Shown here piece by piece: positions 37,012 through 49,553 of a DNA stretch of 64,000 nt. The notes under the pieces were generated by a model. That model ran no database searches. It saw nothing but the letters and a program-made list of their open reading frames with translations, and was not told the origin of the DNA. The stretch's first letter is position 1; every line of letters starts with the position of its first letter. The position numbers and the translations under genes were made by a program. The stretch is from Tubulanus polymorphus (taxonomy: Eukaryota > Animalia > Nemertea). The stretch lies in the NCBI RefSeq assembly GCF_964204645.1, contig NC_134033.1, forward strand, positions 13,834,655 through 13,898,654, written 5' to 3'.

Positions 37012-37559
37012 CTAATGTCTATTTATTAATTGATGAGACCTGTTTTTCTGGGATATTTTGCTTACTTTTTGGGGTACATACCTCATTTATGTCTTAACAG
37101 AATGCCAAAAATCGCGGACAACAACTGAATATCCGATATATTTCCAGTTCTGTACCAATTAGATGGATTGGCAAAAAGACTCCTTAAGTCCAATTGAATG
37201 AGAGAGAAAATCCTCCATTTTGTGAAATTTCTTGAATTTTCACATTGTCACCATGCCTACGAAATGAAGTTATTTTTCTTGTGGGGTCTCAACAACTAAA
37301 TCAGGGTGGCGTAGGCATGGTAACAATGTTCAAATCCAAGAAATTTGACAAAATGGAGGATTTTCTCTCTCATTCAATTGGACTTAAGGAGTCTTTTTGC
37401 CAATCCATCTAATTGGTACAGAACTGGAAATATATCGGATATTCAGTTGTTGTCCGCGATTTTTGGCATTCTGATAAGACATAAATGAGGTATGTACCCC
37501 AAAAAGTAAGCAAAATATCCCAGAAAAACAGGTCTCATCAATTAATAAATAGACATTAG
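37012..37559. repeat. Long inverted repeat (fold-back) with 250-bp arms and a 48-nt spacer
   Basis: 37012-37261 is the reverse complement of 37310-37559. The outer ~210 bp are almost perfect. Confidence 0.97.
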
Positions 37560-38153
37560 GAATTGAAGAGAGTTGTACGTACCACTACTTTGGTTCACTT
37601 GTCTTAAGGTATATCTATTCTAGGTTTTGTAATGTGGGTTTGTAAAAGATTTCAGTTGATTTAGGAGTTTTGGTTTGTAGTTAAGGCCTACAAGTTTGTT
37701 GGAACTATTTATAAGGAACAGTCGATTTTGTTTAGGGTACCTTCCCTCTGTGATGCTCTAATTCTCAGCCAGAATTCGGGTAGGTCTCATCAATAATAAG
37801 AGCACAGGCACTATTACTCAATGCTTAACAAATTTGACGACCCTTAGAGGGTCTAGATTTACTTAAACCCAATGACTAGGCCTAATAGACTTGAATATCG
37901 AGTCTCAAGTCTATCTGAAGCAAGTATATCGATTATGGTTGGAACTATTTTACCTTCACAGCCCGTTAGGCCTACAGATTTTTAAATCAGTTTTTCTGTG
38001 CACTAGCTCCGCGCTCTCTCTCTCTTTCTCTCTCTCCTCTATCTCTGTTGCTTCATCAATCGGGTAAAATATTCCGTAAGAAAAAAATGATGACTACCTG
38101 ACTTTCTGCTGCTCTGTGAACATATGGTATTAATAATATTCGTACCTGAGAGT

Positions 38154-38188
<35 letters not shown>

Positions 38189-40949
38189 AAGTGTGGATTT
38201 TTTTCGCGGTAAATTTCCAGTGTTGTTGGTTCAGTGTTTTTACGATCGTAGATAGTTCTGAGGTGAGGATCTCTCCGATGACGCCGTACAGCGGCGCCGG
38301 AGCAATTCATGAAATGATTTCCAGATGCCGCGAATGTTCATAAAGCTCTAATAATCCGGATAAGTTAGGACCACTACTCCGGCCCCTGCACCCCTCGGAC
38401 ATACGACATCTTTTCACCATTCTAAGAATAGAACTTCTCCTTAGACGTCGTTTTAATTGATTAGGCCCCTATGATTTAACAAATAAACTACGACATCGGA
38501 CATTGTATATTTCAAAAAAGGTTTGTCGAGGCTTCAGGTATATTCATGACCTCATCATCGACCTGTTTAACAAAAATGAAGATCGATTCTACGTTTTGTC
38601 AACGTATTTTCAAAAATTGATGGTCCGTCCTTCGGAGAGACATTCAGATTGAAAATGAACTATAAACACCGGATATTAGACATTTTATCAGCACACTTTC
38701 AAAAACTGATCATCCACACTTCACTTAGTGTTTTTCAGTCAGGCCTACTTCACCTGAGACATTTTTAATTGCAATTGAACTGCAAACACCAGACATTAAA
38801 CATTTTATCGGCACTCGTTCAAAAACTGATTTTTGTAAAGGCAGAGCCTCCCTTCGCGACTAGGCCTAACACTTGTTCTTCCGCTGCACACGGTAAACTC
38901 TGTTGCTACCTGTCAGTGCGAATTGGAATGTTGTTAAATTCCGAGCTTCCCAGAGAGATTTAACATTGGCATTCTTTCGAAATTGCCGTAATATGTATTG
39001 AGCTTGTTTCAGCTAGTAATGCGTACTCATCAGTTCAGCTGCAGATTAGGCCTATTGCGTAATTTCAATTTCGGATAGCTAGGGTATCTAGCGCAAACCA
39101 GCAGGTTCATATCGAGTGGCTGTGGGCCGATAGACGTTGTTTACACCCATTATTTTTTGGCTTTGCAGCAAACCGAAAAAAGCCACGGGGTTCGTTACCG
39201 GTTCTATGACTCGTATCTAAAATATGTACTTTTGTTTTGTTGGTATTCAGTCAATATCAAACTAAGAGTTTGAAAGTCATGCAAATTGAGTCTAGTCAGA
39301 CAGGCCGGCCACTTACCTGAAAATCAGGGTAAGGACAGTTATTTCCTTATCTTTAAAAAAGTATGAACCGTCTATTGTAATTGACTGGATTCTTAGCAGA
39401 TCAAAAGCAAGTCAAATAAAAGTGGCCGCCCTGTCAGGATATTCTTCAAACCGAGTTCGTAGATGATTAAAATCAGTTGCGTTAATGAGAAATCTACGTA
39501 GTATCATTGGTTCAATTGTCTTCGTTCGCTTGAAGCCACATATTTTCATTTTTCGTCATGCGTGATATTCGCATACCTCAAAGGATGGCTCCGGGTGTAT
39601 TCTGAGTTTGTTTATTCAGGTTCCGTACGACTCCTGATTCTTTAAAAAAAACTCCTTCAAAACGAAAAATTTTCTCAAAGTTTTCGAACGCCTTTAACCG
39701 GCAATTTGAAAATGGCCAAAACTCCCTTAAATTTCGAGAAATAGGAAATTAAAGATATCCGTCTAGTTTGTACTCAGTAGTAAATTTCTGTTTTAAAACT
39801 CCTCGAGAGCCCCTCAAATCCGGGAACGACTGATCAGTCGATATCGGCCTCTTGAAGATTTTCGCGCGTTATCTCGATGTCCGTCGAACTGTAAACTAAT
39901 TTCTGCATAGTTAGTCGTATAATGAGGTAGGTATTTTGAAGAGCTATTTCTCGTGCGGAATGTATGTTATACTGTTTAGTAGTATATAGTAGTTTATCGC
40001 GAGGTCCTTCGACGAGATAATAGACACTTAAACCTGAGGTATTTCTATTTGAACAACCCCGGTATATATCGACTACCTGACGAGCCGCCACGCGCCGTCG
40101 AGTTCGCCGTCAAAAAAAAAAAAATGCGCGGAATTCGTTCCTTTATTAAACGACGCGAAATAACGGGTTTAATTGTGAAAGCGTTTCTGCTATTGTGATT
40201 CATAAGCTCATGATCGGATAAGTTAAAACAAGAAAACTAACTTGAAAGGTTATTGACACCTTGAAAATAACACATGAGGGCCTATATTAAGCTATATATT
40301 ATATTGCTTAATATTGTCGATAATAGATAATATAATATGGATTATCTTATAATGAGGATCAATGAAGGTATTTCGAATTTGAATATACGATAATTGTATT
40401 GAATTGACTGTCAATCGGTCTGGCTCCGATATACTGATAGTAGTGCACATCCTCTCAAAAATAATTATTAAAATCTATCAAAAATGAAATAAGAGTTATG
40501 AAATATGTTCGATTACAAATCAGGCTAAACGCGAGAATTCAAAATCGATGATGTAGTACACGTTGACTCAAACAGAAATCCGCGCAGTGTTTATTATAAC
40601 AAAAAAACTTCAGAAAACTGATGCGAAGACTGATGTTTTAGATAACGTTTGCAACTTTGTTTGACCGAATCTTGTGGATGAAATAAGCAGCCGGGAAAAC
40701 AGTTGCAGACGTCATTTTGTAGTAATTGCGGAGAAACCTGTGGACGGATTGATTATATATTTCGTGGCGATGATTGATGAAAGTCAGAAATTGTAGATAA
40801 TTCCTGGTGTAAAAATGAAATATGATTTATAGCAATTTATAGCGACGAATGTGTGTGGTGTGTGATGTGTGGTGTGTATTGTGGTGGCAGTTTAGTATTT
40901 GTATTTGATCGGCTAAAATTCCTCACTGATTACTGTTTTCCGTTTAGTG

Positions 40950-41420
40950 AAGAGGAGGGATGAGGATTAGAGGAGTGACGGTAAGAGGAAAAGTGGGAGG
41001 AGTCAGTGTAAGAGGCAAAAGAGTGATTGTAAGAGGAAAGTAAGAGTCCGAGGGAGTGTACGAGGAAAAGTTAGTGGAAGAGGAAGGAGTGATTGTAAAA
41101 GAGAGTTAGAGAAGTTGCTGTAAGTGGAAAAGTTAGAGGAGTGATTGTAAGAGGAAAGTTAGAGGAGTGATTGTATTGTAAGAGGAAAGTTAGAGGAGTG
41201 ATAGTAAGAGGAAAGTTAGAGTCCGAGCAAGTGTAAGAGGAATAGTAAGTGGAAAAGGAAGAGAGTGAGAGAGAGAGGGGAGGGAGGGAGGGAGAGCTGA
41301 GGGGATAGCATGAGGGGAGAGTGGTTAGAGAAGGGGCAGACAGGCAGGGAGAGTGATAGGTGAGGGTGAATGAGGGGGTAGTCAATAGACGACCCAGTGA
41401 ATGGGTAGAGAGAGGGGATA
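40950..41420. repeat. Purine-rich degenerate minisatellite (GTAAGAGGAAAGTTAGAGGAGTGATT)n grading into GA-rich low-complexity sequence
   Basis: Repeated ~26-bp units visible at 40980-41240. Confidence 0.85.
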
Positions 41421-41734
41421 GTGTTTCGGGAATGGGGTACGCCGCGATAAAGAATGTATATTTTTGATATATTATTGTTATTGTATATTATAGTAATGAT
41501 AGTGGCCCAGATTTTGTCACTAGTCTGCACGATATATATACGGTTATTGTATGCGCTACACACACATATTTCTGTGTGAATAATTGAATTGATAACTAGT
41601 CGTAATTACGTATAAAAACACTGGCATTTAGAATATCAAGGTAATAATATATACACGGCGATTATGAATGATATGTTATGATTTTTATTCGGAGCAATAA
41701 ATAATATCGGCGTGTAATCGACGTAGGGGGTGAT

Positions 41735-41868
41735 GGAGAGGGAGGGAGTAGAGAGGGCTGGAGAGGGAGGAGAGAGGGCTGGAGAGGGAGGGAGTAGAGA
41801 GAGGGCTGGAGAGGGAGGAGAGAGGGCTGGAGAGGGAGGGAGAAGAGAGAGGGCTGGATAGGGAGGGA
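41735..41868. repeat. Polypurine minisatellite (GGAGAGGGAGG..AGAGAGGGCT)n
   Basis: About six units, ending ~60 bp before the angiomotin start exon. Confidence 0.85.
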
Positions 41869-41965
41869 GTTGTGCTAGCGGTATTGAAGAAAGTGTTTAC
41901 ATAATTTTCGTCATTTTATTTTGCAGTACGTATTTTTCTGATGTTCTCAAATTTCGGTCAACAAA

Positions 41966-44900
41966 ATGCAGCAACAATACCATCAAAGAGATCCACCGCC
42001 TTATCCGGGCCACAGCAACCAAAAACAAACGTTTTACCAACCAGGTAAGAGAGAACGGGGTTTAATTCGACGAAAATAGACTCGAATGTGCTTGAAAAGA
42101 TTCAGCTTAAGGCCATCCCAAAATAATTGTCTGTTTGCCGTAACGCCGACTCAAGTTTTCAGGATGAGTCGGTAGGAAGGTAGAAATATTTTTTTTTACA
42201 AAATTTTAGGGCAAAACCAAATTTATCACCTTTTTTATATGGAAACAATATCAAAAAAAAAGATTTATTTCAATGAATCCCCAAAAAAAAAGTTTTCACT
42301 CGGTACCTTTGAAGTAGGGTCGGCTGGGTTACGGCAAGTAGACCATTATTTTGGGATGGCCTAACGTGAAATTTGATATTTTATGCATCCAGAGACAGTC
42401 TGAGCTATCGATTAATGCCCATTTATAGAAAATATCTTTTATAAAGACAAACGAATGAAGTAAACATTGAAATTTTCAGTGAGAAGCAGAACTACTAAAC
42501 ACATTCCAAACAATTGTCCTTAATTTTAAAGATCAGTCTTAACCCTTTCGGTGCGTCTACACCGCAGTGCGGTGTACGAATCAGTGATGGATTTTGCTAG
42601 TACACCACACTGCGGTGTATTGATTTAATTAGTAATTACCTCTCTTGAAAAATGGCAGCACCTGTCAAACATAGTGAAATACTAGTAACTAACGATACAC
42701 CGCGCCGCCGTGTAGACGCACTATAGTGGTATTCCCGTCATTCAACACACTAGGGTGGAATTTTTCAAAATTTTCAAATTATCTCCAGCACTATAGGGTA
42801 TTGATTAGTCAGCACTGAAAGGGTTAAGTATGAGGTTGGTTTCAAGCTGTGTCAGTATTCTGGGTAGGATGTTCTAGAGGGCCGGCAATCCCCCATCAAT
42901 TTAACATCCACTTCTCTGAAAATCAGCCTCCCCTGTTCAAAAAGCTGCTCGTCGTCGGTTCATAACGCGAGAGACCAAAATGAAGCTTCTTTTTCAATGT
43001 TTTAATGTACGTTTAGCAGATTTGGCGTCCATATCACGTGGAACCCCTAGAAGGCGAGCGTGCGGTTTTAGAACTGAATTCTGTTGTTGAGACCGTTCGT
43101 TAAGTCTAAGGCCTTGAACTGAACCCTCGGTGCAGGGTCGTAAATACTTTCCGCGTCGGACGCGAACAATAGACGACACATTCCGCAAACCGTTGAAATC
43201 GCGGTTTAACGACTAAAACTTTAATTGTTATCGACGTCAAACGTCGGTTTCTGACTTTTGAATTTTTCTGACTTGAATATGAATGATGGCGGTGCGCTGA
43301 CGTGCGGCGGTGACCCGTACGGTTCATTCGCGCGCTGGAATTTTTATCGCCGCGAAAGAAATTCGAAAAATGCGTGAAGCTCAATTAATCGGATTTACGA
43401 ATAATAATAATAATAATGATAATTATAATCCCCGTGGCTGGTGAAATATTTGAATATTCATTTGCGTCGTGACATTCTTACGCGGCGCTCGTGTATTCAG
43501 TAAATAGGTTCTTATTCCTCGCATAAAGTTTCCGAGCTCGGATTAGAAATTTAGTTTTATTTGGATTAGATTCATTTTCAAAATGTTTGAATATAGAGGT
43601 AAGTTAAATCGTTTGAATCGGGTAGATTTTAAATGCTGAAGTTGGTTAAGAAGGGGTATAGGAGATTTTGGAAATCAACGTGATTCAGTCTGGGACCAGT
43701 CAACTGGAGTCTACCTATCATCGAGAAAAAAACCCGCAATATCGATTTAGACAACTTGTATTGCTTTTTTTTTCTTCATACATTTCGGATGTAATCTTTC
43801 GCTCGTGAACCTGAATAAATTAATATTCATCAAACCATTGACTATATAGAATATAAGTTTCTGTACTCGTTTATGCTGCTGGAAATTCCCTTTTATTCAC
43901 GCCTAATTACGCTTAATTAATACTTTTGTTTTTGATTGCAGGTTTTCGTCAGAGTTATTCAGGCAGCGAGGCGAGCACCGACGTGTCGATGTCGTCCAAC
44001 GAAAACCTCAGTTTGTTGATGAGGCAAGATCCTCAGGGCGAGGAGACGCAGTTTAACTCGTCGGTCGAATACCTCGAACTCGACAGCAACAGCATCCTCG
44101 CGCGGCTCGGGCTGCCGGCCGTCGAGGTGAAATCCATGCAGAACGGCACGTTCTACGTGACCGGCTCGTGTCCGCCACCTGGTGGCGGCGGTAATAGTAA
44201 TATCAACGTTACCGTGGCGTCCGAATTAACGACGCAGGCGGGCGGTTTGGTCGCGGCGCCGAAGTGTCAGTATATTCACTATCACCACCCGGCGTCTCAG
44301 TCATCGCCGGGTCAGTACGCGTCGACGACGCTCCCCGCGCGCGGTTACTGTACGCGCGTCGTAGAACAACAATGCTCGCCGGCGGTCGGTCAGTATCTAT
44401 CGGCAACCGGACAACAACGCGCGACGGCGCTAGACGATAATGATAATAACGTCTACGCGAAACGGCAGACGGAGTTTTACGATCTGCCGCCCCCGCCTGC
44501 GTATCCCGGCTACTGTAAGCAGCAGACGACGACGTCGACCAATCAGCAGACGGCGCCCGGTTTATTACATCGATCGTACGAAATGTTGGAGAAATCGTCG
44601 ACGTTACCGTCGTCGTCCGTCTGCGCAATCGGCGGTGGCGCCACCAGGTCGACTCCGGATTTAATGCAATTCGCTAAGAATCAGTTGTTGACGACGACGT
44701 ACGCCGGCGGCGTGGTAACCACAACAACGGCGACAATGATGAACGGTAGCAACGAACAGACGGACGATAATAGAGTGATCTGTAACGATGAACAAAAAAG
44801 GTAAAGGATCGATGAAATTTGGAAGATAAGCCGCCTTCACCGGTCAAGGGCAGATCTAGGCTTCTATGTAGGGGGTGGAGCTGGAAATCAGAATGGGCAC

Positions 44901-47900
44901 TTTATTTAGTTCTCCATATTTCTGTTTTGAAGCAACTGCAACAACAGTTTACTGAACGACGAGACGACCGCAACCAGGACGGTGGCCGCGGCCCGGACTG
45001 CGGCCGAACGAGACACGGCCGCGATCGCCACCCGCGCCACTCAAATGGTCGAACTGTTGTCAAACGAAAACAAACAACTTCGCGAAGAACTTGATGGTTA
45101 TTACAAAAAGGTCTCAAAACTGCAAAAGGTACGATAACTGTTAGACCCTGCACATCCCTCCTGATATTGTAAACTTGATGAACATTCTTCCAATCTTTAA
45201 TCATCCACGCTAGTTTACACGTGTTCAGAACTTCACCTGAGACATTCTAATTGAAAATGAACTACAAAGAACAAACATTAGACATTTTAAGGTGAATGTC
45301 TGAAAGAAGTGCAGTTTCCAGACTGCAGATTTGATACCTGCAACAAGATCTCTTCGTTGAAATTTTACGGAATTTCTTTTTCATTTGATTTTCAGTTCGA
45401 ACTGGAAATTGAGAAAATGCACGACTCGTACCAAGCGTTAATCAAGAAAAACCAAAAACGAGAACAACTCGAAAAAATGATGCGCGGTAAACTGGACGGT
45501 GAAATCAAACGCATCAAAGAAACGAACAAAGATTTTAAAGGTACCAATCGCCACCTAAACCTCTCCGTATCCAAATCCCAGGTTGGAGATCACGGTTATT
45601 GGCATTTTCAACAGGGTCCCTACGACTCCTTGATTCCTTAAACTCCTTCGAAACAGAAAATGCTTTTAAAGGTGCTTGAACTTCTTTGATTTGAGCAAAA
45701 TGCCCAAAACTCTCATTTTGAAAAATAGGTGAATAGAGATTGTAGAAGTTGTACAGTTAATAGGCTTAATTGGTACAGTGAGGACCAGAATTTGTTGCTA
45801 AATTAGTCGGGTATCAAAGGTATTTGCTTATGAAACCACTGAATTAATGGTTTATTGAGATAAACAGTACCAATTTAAAGGAGTCTACTGTAATTGGGAT
45901 ACGAAAGTGACGAAGATACTTCTCGAAATTTGAAATTTTCTCCTTTAAAACTGCTTGAAAACTCCTTATATCCAGGAATGACTGATCTGTAGGGACCGCC
46001 CCTCCGACCCTTTCTTTATGAAAATTAACAAATTTTTCTTCATTCGTAGAACAATTAGAGAAAGCGTTGACGCAAATCGCCAATAAAGACTACGGCGCGA
46101 AAGATACCGACACGACGGTCGAAATCGCCAAGAAAGACGCCATCATTGCTAAACTTATAGCTCAGAGTACGTGTATAGAACAAACAAATAACTGAAAATC
46201 TCTGCTTCTTAGATTCTATTTAAACAAGTATCTCAGAATTTTAACAGTCACAAAACTAGCAGACCAGTTGCTCAAAAGTTGGTAAGAGTTTACTGGTGGA
46301 CAAATGTTTGAAATACAATTTCAACTGACCCCTGTACCCTTTAAATGATTGATATAGTTTTCATCATTGATTGATGAACTACCTGGGCTGGCTTTCATAG
46401 ATGTGGAAGAAAAATAGTCCTTGAATTTTTTTATTTTGAAATTTGTCAGTTATAACCATGGTTTCTCATTGTTACTATGGTGGTTGTCACCCAGATTGAG
46501 GATTTACCCTTAAGGATAACTTTGATACTCAGTCTATGAAACCCGGCCCTGCAATCCTCGTCGATCCTCGATTGCCAAATGAGGATGAATTCTTGATTGC
46601 CGCAGTTGTGTTTGAGGTTCCGCATTAACGTTCGCGTTTGTTTTCGCAGATAAAGAACTGATCGCCAGCCGAGAACGCATCGAACTCGAAAACGAAATGA
46701 AAAACTCGACGATCCAAGAACAACGAAGTCGAATCGATATTCTCGACGGCGCGTTGACCAATTCTCAAGCGACGGTTCTCGCGTTAGAGAATGAGGTACG
46801 GGGGAATTTTCTTTTCTTTAAAAAGTTGAGGAATTTTGTGAAAAAAGAAAAAAAGCTAAAAATCAGGGCAAAGTCACGGAAATTTGTTGAGATAGGGCGT
46901 AAAGTAAAACAGTTTCTGTCTATGTTTTACATATTTGACTGTGATAGTTGTTTTAGTTCTTAGGAGATCAAGTCAGGGAAAACGACGTACTATGTAAGGG
47001 AATAGTCTGTGAAAAATCAAGTCAAATGAAAGTGACCACCCTGTTTTATAATCTGTCCTGCATTCCTCCAAGGGATGATCGCGGAATCTGTTTACGTCTA
47101 GGGATGGTTTCCGAAATTGAACAATACCCGGTAACTAAGTCGGTGTTTGTATTTTTTCAGTGTCGCCGGAAACAAAGCGTGGAACGATTGAACAAGTCTT
47201 TAGCGTCGTTTCAGCTGAGCTGCGACTCTTCGACAACAACAACGAACAACGATAAAGAACAAGAAATCAACAAAACGTTAAGCAACAAATCAGTAAGTTG
47301 AATAGATGACATCTTTTTCCATTCCAAATTTTACTGGACAATTTTAAGGTTAATTGTGGTGTGTTGAAGTGAAGAATAATGCCCTGGACCCAGTTCCACA
47401 GTCGCGATTTAGAGTTAATTCAGAGTTAAAGTTAGTTAGTTTTCAATGAGTTAACCCAGAGTCAAATCGTAACTCAGAACTGTGGAACTGGACCCTGGGT
47501 GGCACTCAGTGGGTTGAGGATATTAAAAAAAAAAATCTTCTACGAGAAAACTGTAAAATTGGGTCGCGATTTATTGTTAATTTGAATCGAGTTAATGCAA
47601 TAAGTATTTACCGATAGATTCGGTTTTCCGTCGTCATGTCTGACATTTTTGTACGAAATTTTACGCGTAGAATTCAGGAAGCAGACAATCTATTGTCGAC
47701 GCGACGGTCGATGATCTGAGGTTCATGGTCATCGAGAAAGACGAAAAAATACTCGAGCTCGAAGCTAAAGAAATTGAGGTTCGTTTTCGCGAAACGGATT
47801 TTCATTTTTCAAAGAATTGACCGAAAATTGAAAATTGAAAACATGAGTTTAGTTTGATTCATTGTCGTTTTAGTGGGAGCAGAGATACTATGAAGAAAGT

Positions 47901-49553
47901 GCCTTACGCCAGTTAGCCATTGACGCGGCGTCTATGCCAAAGTAAGTATTGCTTAACTTTGATGAGGTACCAGCACCTACTGTCTGGCAAGCGAGCTTAA
48001 TAACAAGGATCCACCAGCTTTGATTGTTGTTTATTAGCTAAATTGCTTCAATTTCTTCTAGTTCTTTACATATCAACTAGTAAATCGCTTTTTATTGAAA
48101 TCTATAGCATACGCTGAGTGAGAAATTCAATCTTATATCTATTCGATGACTTGTTTAATGATTTTCGAACTTGAAAGTCTTAAAATCCAATAAACTATGG
48201 TAATTTTCACTACGAATAGCCTAGTGTATTGTTGCGCCATCTGGTGTGTGCTACCGGTACCCCTGTTCTGTATTGAATTAATCGTCGTTGAGAATTAACC
48301 GTAAGATTTCGTTGTTTACAGGGAAGCTAGAATCGCGATGTTAGAGAAATCATCGGTTGAGAGCGAGAGAAAGATAGCGGAGGCGCGGTCCGAACGGGTT
48401 CAACACCTCGAGGAGGTTTTTAAAGCTAATCGACACGTAGCCGAACTGGAGGCCAGGTAACATACGTAATCTCTCATCGGGGGTTGAAGTAGTCTTAAAC
48501 TTAAAACTTAAACGGATATTAGAGAGCATTGATATTTTTCATATAATATAGAGACTATTGATATTTGACCTGGAAAACCTGGAGAGTCAGAAATCTAGGA
48601 AAAAATATCTTTCTATAAGAAACCCGAAAAAATCAGGGAATCCGGATAATGCTATTTCGTTGCATGTGCTTCAATGAAAAATGAATGATTGGTAACGTTT
48701 TACGCCTAGAGATTTTCTCATTGATTCACTCAGGAAAGATCAAAAGATCAAAAGATTTGGGAAAACTCAGGAAATTTATTAAAGGGTTGAAAGTGGCTGC
48801 ACCCTGAAGAAATTTAGATAAAAACTAGTTGAATTTTGATAGAAATTGAATGTTTTTATAGAGTGAAGAGTTTACAAGGTCAACTGGTCGAGAAGGAAGC
48901 AATGATACAAGTTTTACAGAAACACTCGTTCACGGGTAGCAGTCGTAGTTTACTGTCGAACGCGTCACGATCGTCGTACTCGCCGACGTTACCGCAGTCG
49001 TCTGCCGCGTGTCGTCTGACGTCTAGTCATCGTCATAACAGTCAGACGGACGTTGTAACTAACGGCGACGACGAGGACGACGACGAAGGTCGGAAAGACG
49101 TCGACGCGAATTCGGTCGCGCGGTCGAGCTCGATGACGAGCAGTTCATCATCCGGCGACGAGAAACAGTCGATGACTAGTCAGGCTAAAGATAACGTCTC
49201 GTTACAACAGGTTCTTATTTATTGATTGCGATCATAATTAGAATAATTGGCTTGCTGTAGGTGAAAAATTATTACATTTCAAACCAAGAGATTTCTCTGT
49301 GATTCACTTAGGGAATTTTCTGTTAGAACATATGAAAAAATCAGGGAACATTTGAGGAATTTGTAAATGGGTGGAAAGTGTCCGCCTTGATCGGGTGTAG
49401 AACCCCTGCTGAAGCCAGCCAGGTTCGGAGTAATTCTTTTCAAAAACAAATCCAACTTAAACTCCAATTCGATTTATTTTTTTTTAGATGCTGATGACGT
49501 CGTCCAGTAACGGTTCGGTTGAAAAAGTGTCGACGCGTCTGTGGCAAGTGTGA
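41966..49553 (+). CDS. AMOT: Angiomotin (Motin family)
   Basis: First coding exon 41966-42044 ([15 protein letters not shown]). A large exon from 43942 has RQDPQGEE and LPPPPAY. The coiled coil [32 protein letters not shown]|[39 protein letters not shown] matches AMOT. Later exons give [19 protein letters not shown] and [22 protein letters not shown]. The last exon 49488-49553 ends in a PDZ-ligand-like WQV*. Confidence 0.9.
42111..42361. mobile_element. PIF/Harbinger-like MITE
   Basis: TIRs GGCCATCCCAAAATAAT / ATTATTTTGGGATGGCC with TAA on both sides. Confidence 0.9.
42543..42823. mobile_element. piggyBac-like MITE, 281 bp
   Basis: TTAA|CCCTTTCGGTGC ... GCACTGAAAGGG|TTAA. Confidence 0.88.

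Noticed and set aside
41071-41563. Ser/Pro/Leu-rich minus-strand ORFs
   Set aside because: Translations of polypyrimidine low-complexity sequence.
44209-45204. Arg-rich ORFs overlapping angiomotin exons
   Set aside because: By-products of CpG-rich codon usage in the real exons.
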